The position numbers were made by a program, and so were the translations under genes. Of a stretch of DNA of 61,393 bases, positions 59,900 through 61,393 are shown in pieces (position 1 is the first letter of the stretch; every line of letters begins with the position of its first letter). The notes beneath the pieces are model-generated. The model was given only the letters and a program-made list of their open reading frames with translations, was not told the origin of the DNA and ran no database searches. The DNA is from Chiloscyllium plagiosum (Eukaryota), in NCBI RefSeq assembly GCF_004010195.1, contig NC_057756.1, positions 10,432,911 to 10,494,303 of the forward strand. Direction: 5' to 3'.

Positions 59900-60899
59900 C
59901 TGTTTGTTAGGGTTTGTGGGGGGCTTGGTTTGTGGCAGAGTGTTATCAGTGAATTACTTGTCATGAGGCCCAGTTCTGGAGGTACGTGATCGATTTGAGT
60001 TTTGGTACAAGCCTATCTGCTCCCACAAGGCCCTTTGGGGCTCAAATGCCCCGGCAAGCCACTCAGTTTGAGGGCAATTAGGGATGGACAGCAAATATCA
60101 GCGATGCCCACACTCCTGGAACGAAGAAGGAAAACATCAATTATTCACATCTATTGCCTGAAGCTTTCAGGAATAACGGAAAGGTTCAACTAACATTTTC
60201 TCAAATCACTCACAGAATGTGGGCATCACTGGGTCAACATTTATTAACCATCCCTATTTCACCAGAGGGCAGTTAAGAGTCACCCATATTGCTGTGGGTC
60301 TATATTCGTTCATGGGATGAGGGTGTCACTGGCTAGGTCAGCATTTATTGCCCAAGACCTAATTGCCCAGGGGGAAGTTAAGAGTCAATTGCATTGCTGT
60401 GTATCTGGAGTTACATGTGGGCCAGACCAGATAAGGACAACATTTACCTTCCAGAAAGAACATAGAGTCATAGAGTTGTACAGCACGGAAACAGACCCTT
60501 CGGTCCAATTCATCCATGTCGACCAGACATGTTATTTAGTCCCATTTGCCGTTATTCCTGAAAGCTTCAGGCAATAGATGTGAATAATTGATGTGTTTCA
60601 TTCAGATGCTGTCTCATTCATTCTAGACTCCAGTGAGATTCAGGGCTGTTCGGGACCAGCACTAAACCTAGGCCAAGCCAGCGTATTCCATAAACAAATT
60701 CTAAAACATCATCTTCTTCCTCGATAACTCACGAGTTAGAAAATAATTGTTGTTGTATTGGCATTATTTCAAAAGTAAAGTATTCTCTACAGACAATTTT
60801 TTTTTGTTTTGTTTGAGTCGATTATTCAGGTAAATCATTTCATTCAGAGAACTTAATGAACTGCATAATTTTCTCATCAAATCCCTTATAGAGAATGTC

Positions 60900-61393
60900 C
60901 CCTGACACTGTGGCTGTAGCCAGTAGACATTGATTATTTGGATTTTCTTAAAGCCTTTGACAAGGTTCTGCGTGTTAGTACAATTAGATCACATGGGATT
61001 CAGGGTGAGCTTGCGAGTTGGATACACAATCTTAATCCCTTCATTCACTTACCTAGAACCTATAATACTGTCCTGATGAAGGGCTCTGGCCTGAAACGTT
61101 GATTCTCCTGCTCCTCGGATGCTGCCTGACCTACTGTGCTTTTTCAGCAACATACTCTCAACCCACCTATAATTCTGTGTCCTGTTCTGAGATGTGATCA
61201 CTACCCAGACCTCATTCTGAATTGTCCTCACCAACAATAGACAATAGGTGCAAGAGTAGGCTATTCTACCCTTTGAGCCTGCACCACCATTCAATATGAT
61301 CATGGCTGATCATCCTTAATCAGTATCCTGTTCCTGCCTTATCTCCATAACCCTTGATTCCACTATCCTTGAGAGCTCTACCCAACTCTTCCT
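60900..61393. mobile_element. CR1 RT fragment, Penelope pLTR (61071-61161) and minus-strand CR1 tail
   Basis: gtagacattgattatttggattttcttaaagcctttgacaaggtt (VDIDYLDFLKAFDKV); cCTGATGAagggctctggcctGAAAcgttg; (aatagac)n-like tail. Confidence 0.7.

Noticed and set aside
53516..60440. Further old SINE-like fragments (38150-38250, 53516-53605, 58130-58760, 60200-60440)
   Set aside because: Probably DeuSINE/SacSINE-like or LINE-tail remnants, but too diverged to delimit or name without a database search.
60793..60829. ctacag|...|gtaaat candidate exon
   Set aside because: 37 nt, T-rich and frame-shifting.

Overview
Vertebrate genomic DNA, almost certainly from a cartilaginous fish (shark). The evidence is the repeat content: HE1-type tRNA-derived V-SINEs, HER1/CR1 LINE fragments, a decayed L1 and three families of Penelope-like elements. 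There are several N gaps. Almost every ORF in the supplied track is repeat-derived or spurious. The main signal is invisible to the ORF track: a + strand gene segment made of an array of exactly 24-nt, phase-1 micro-exons. I count 24 with AG/GT borders, 1 with a GC donor and about 7 dead or deleted copies, spread from 338 to 57400. Each encodes an 8-aa Gly/Pro/Lys-rich unit (GAGKFPGP, GGQKFPGP, GVGKVPGT, GVIIPPPL...). Only the phase-1 frame is open in all of them, and most carry a branch-point-like TRAC at about -23. The central part arose by four tandem duplications of a ~4.3-5 kb four-exon cassette, and shared and private transposon insertions record its history. No start or terminal exon was found, and the gene identity is unknown (elastomer/tropoelastin-like composition is only a hypothesis). 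The introns hold many Penelope-derived minimal hammerhead ribozyme motifs, often as inverted pairs, a short solo-LTR family, and a tRNA-Gly(TCC) pseudogene.
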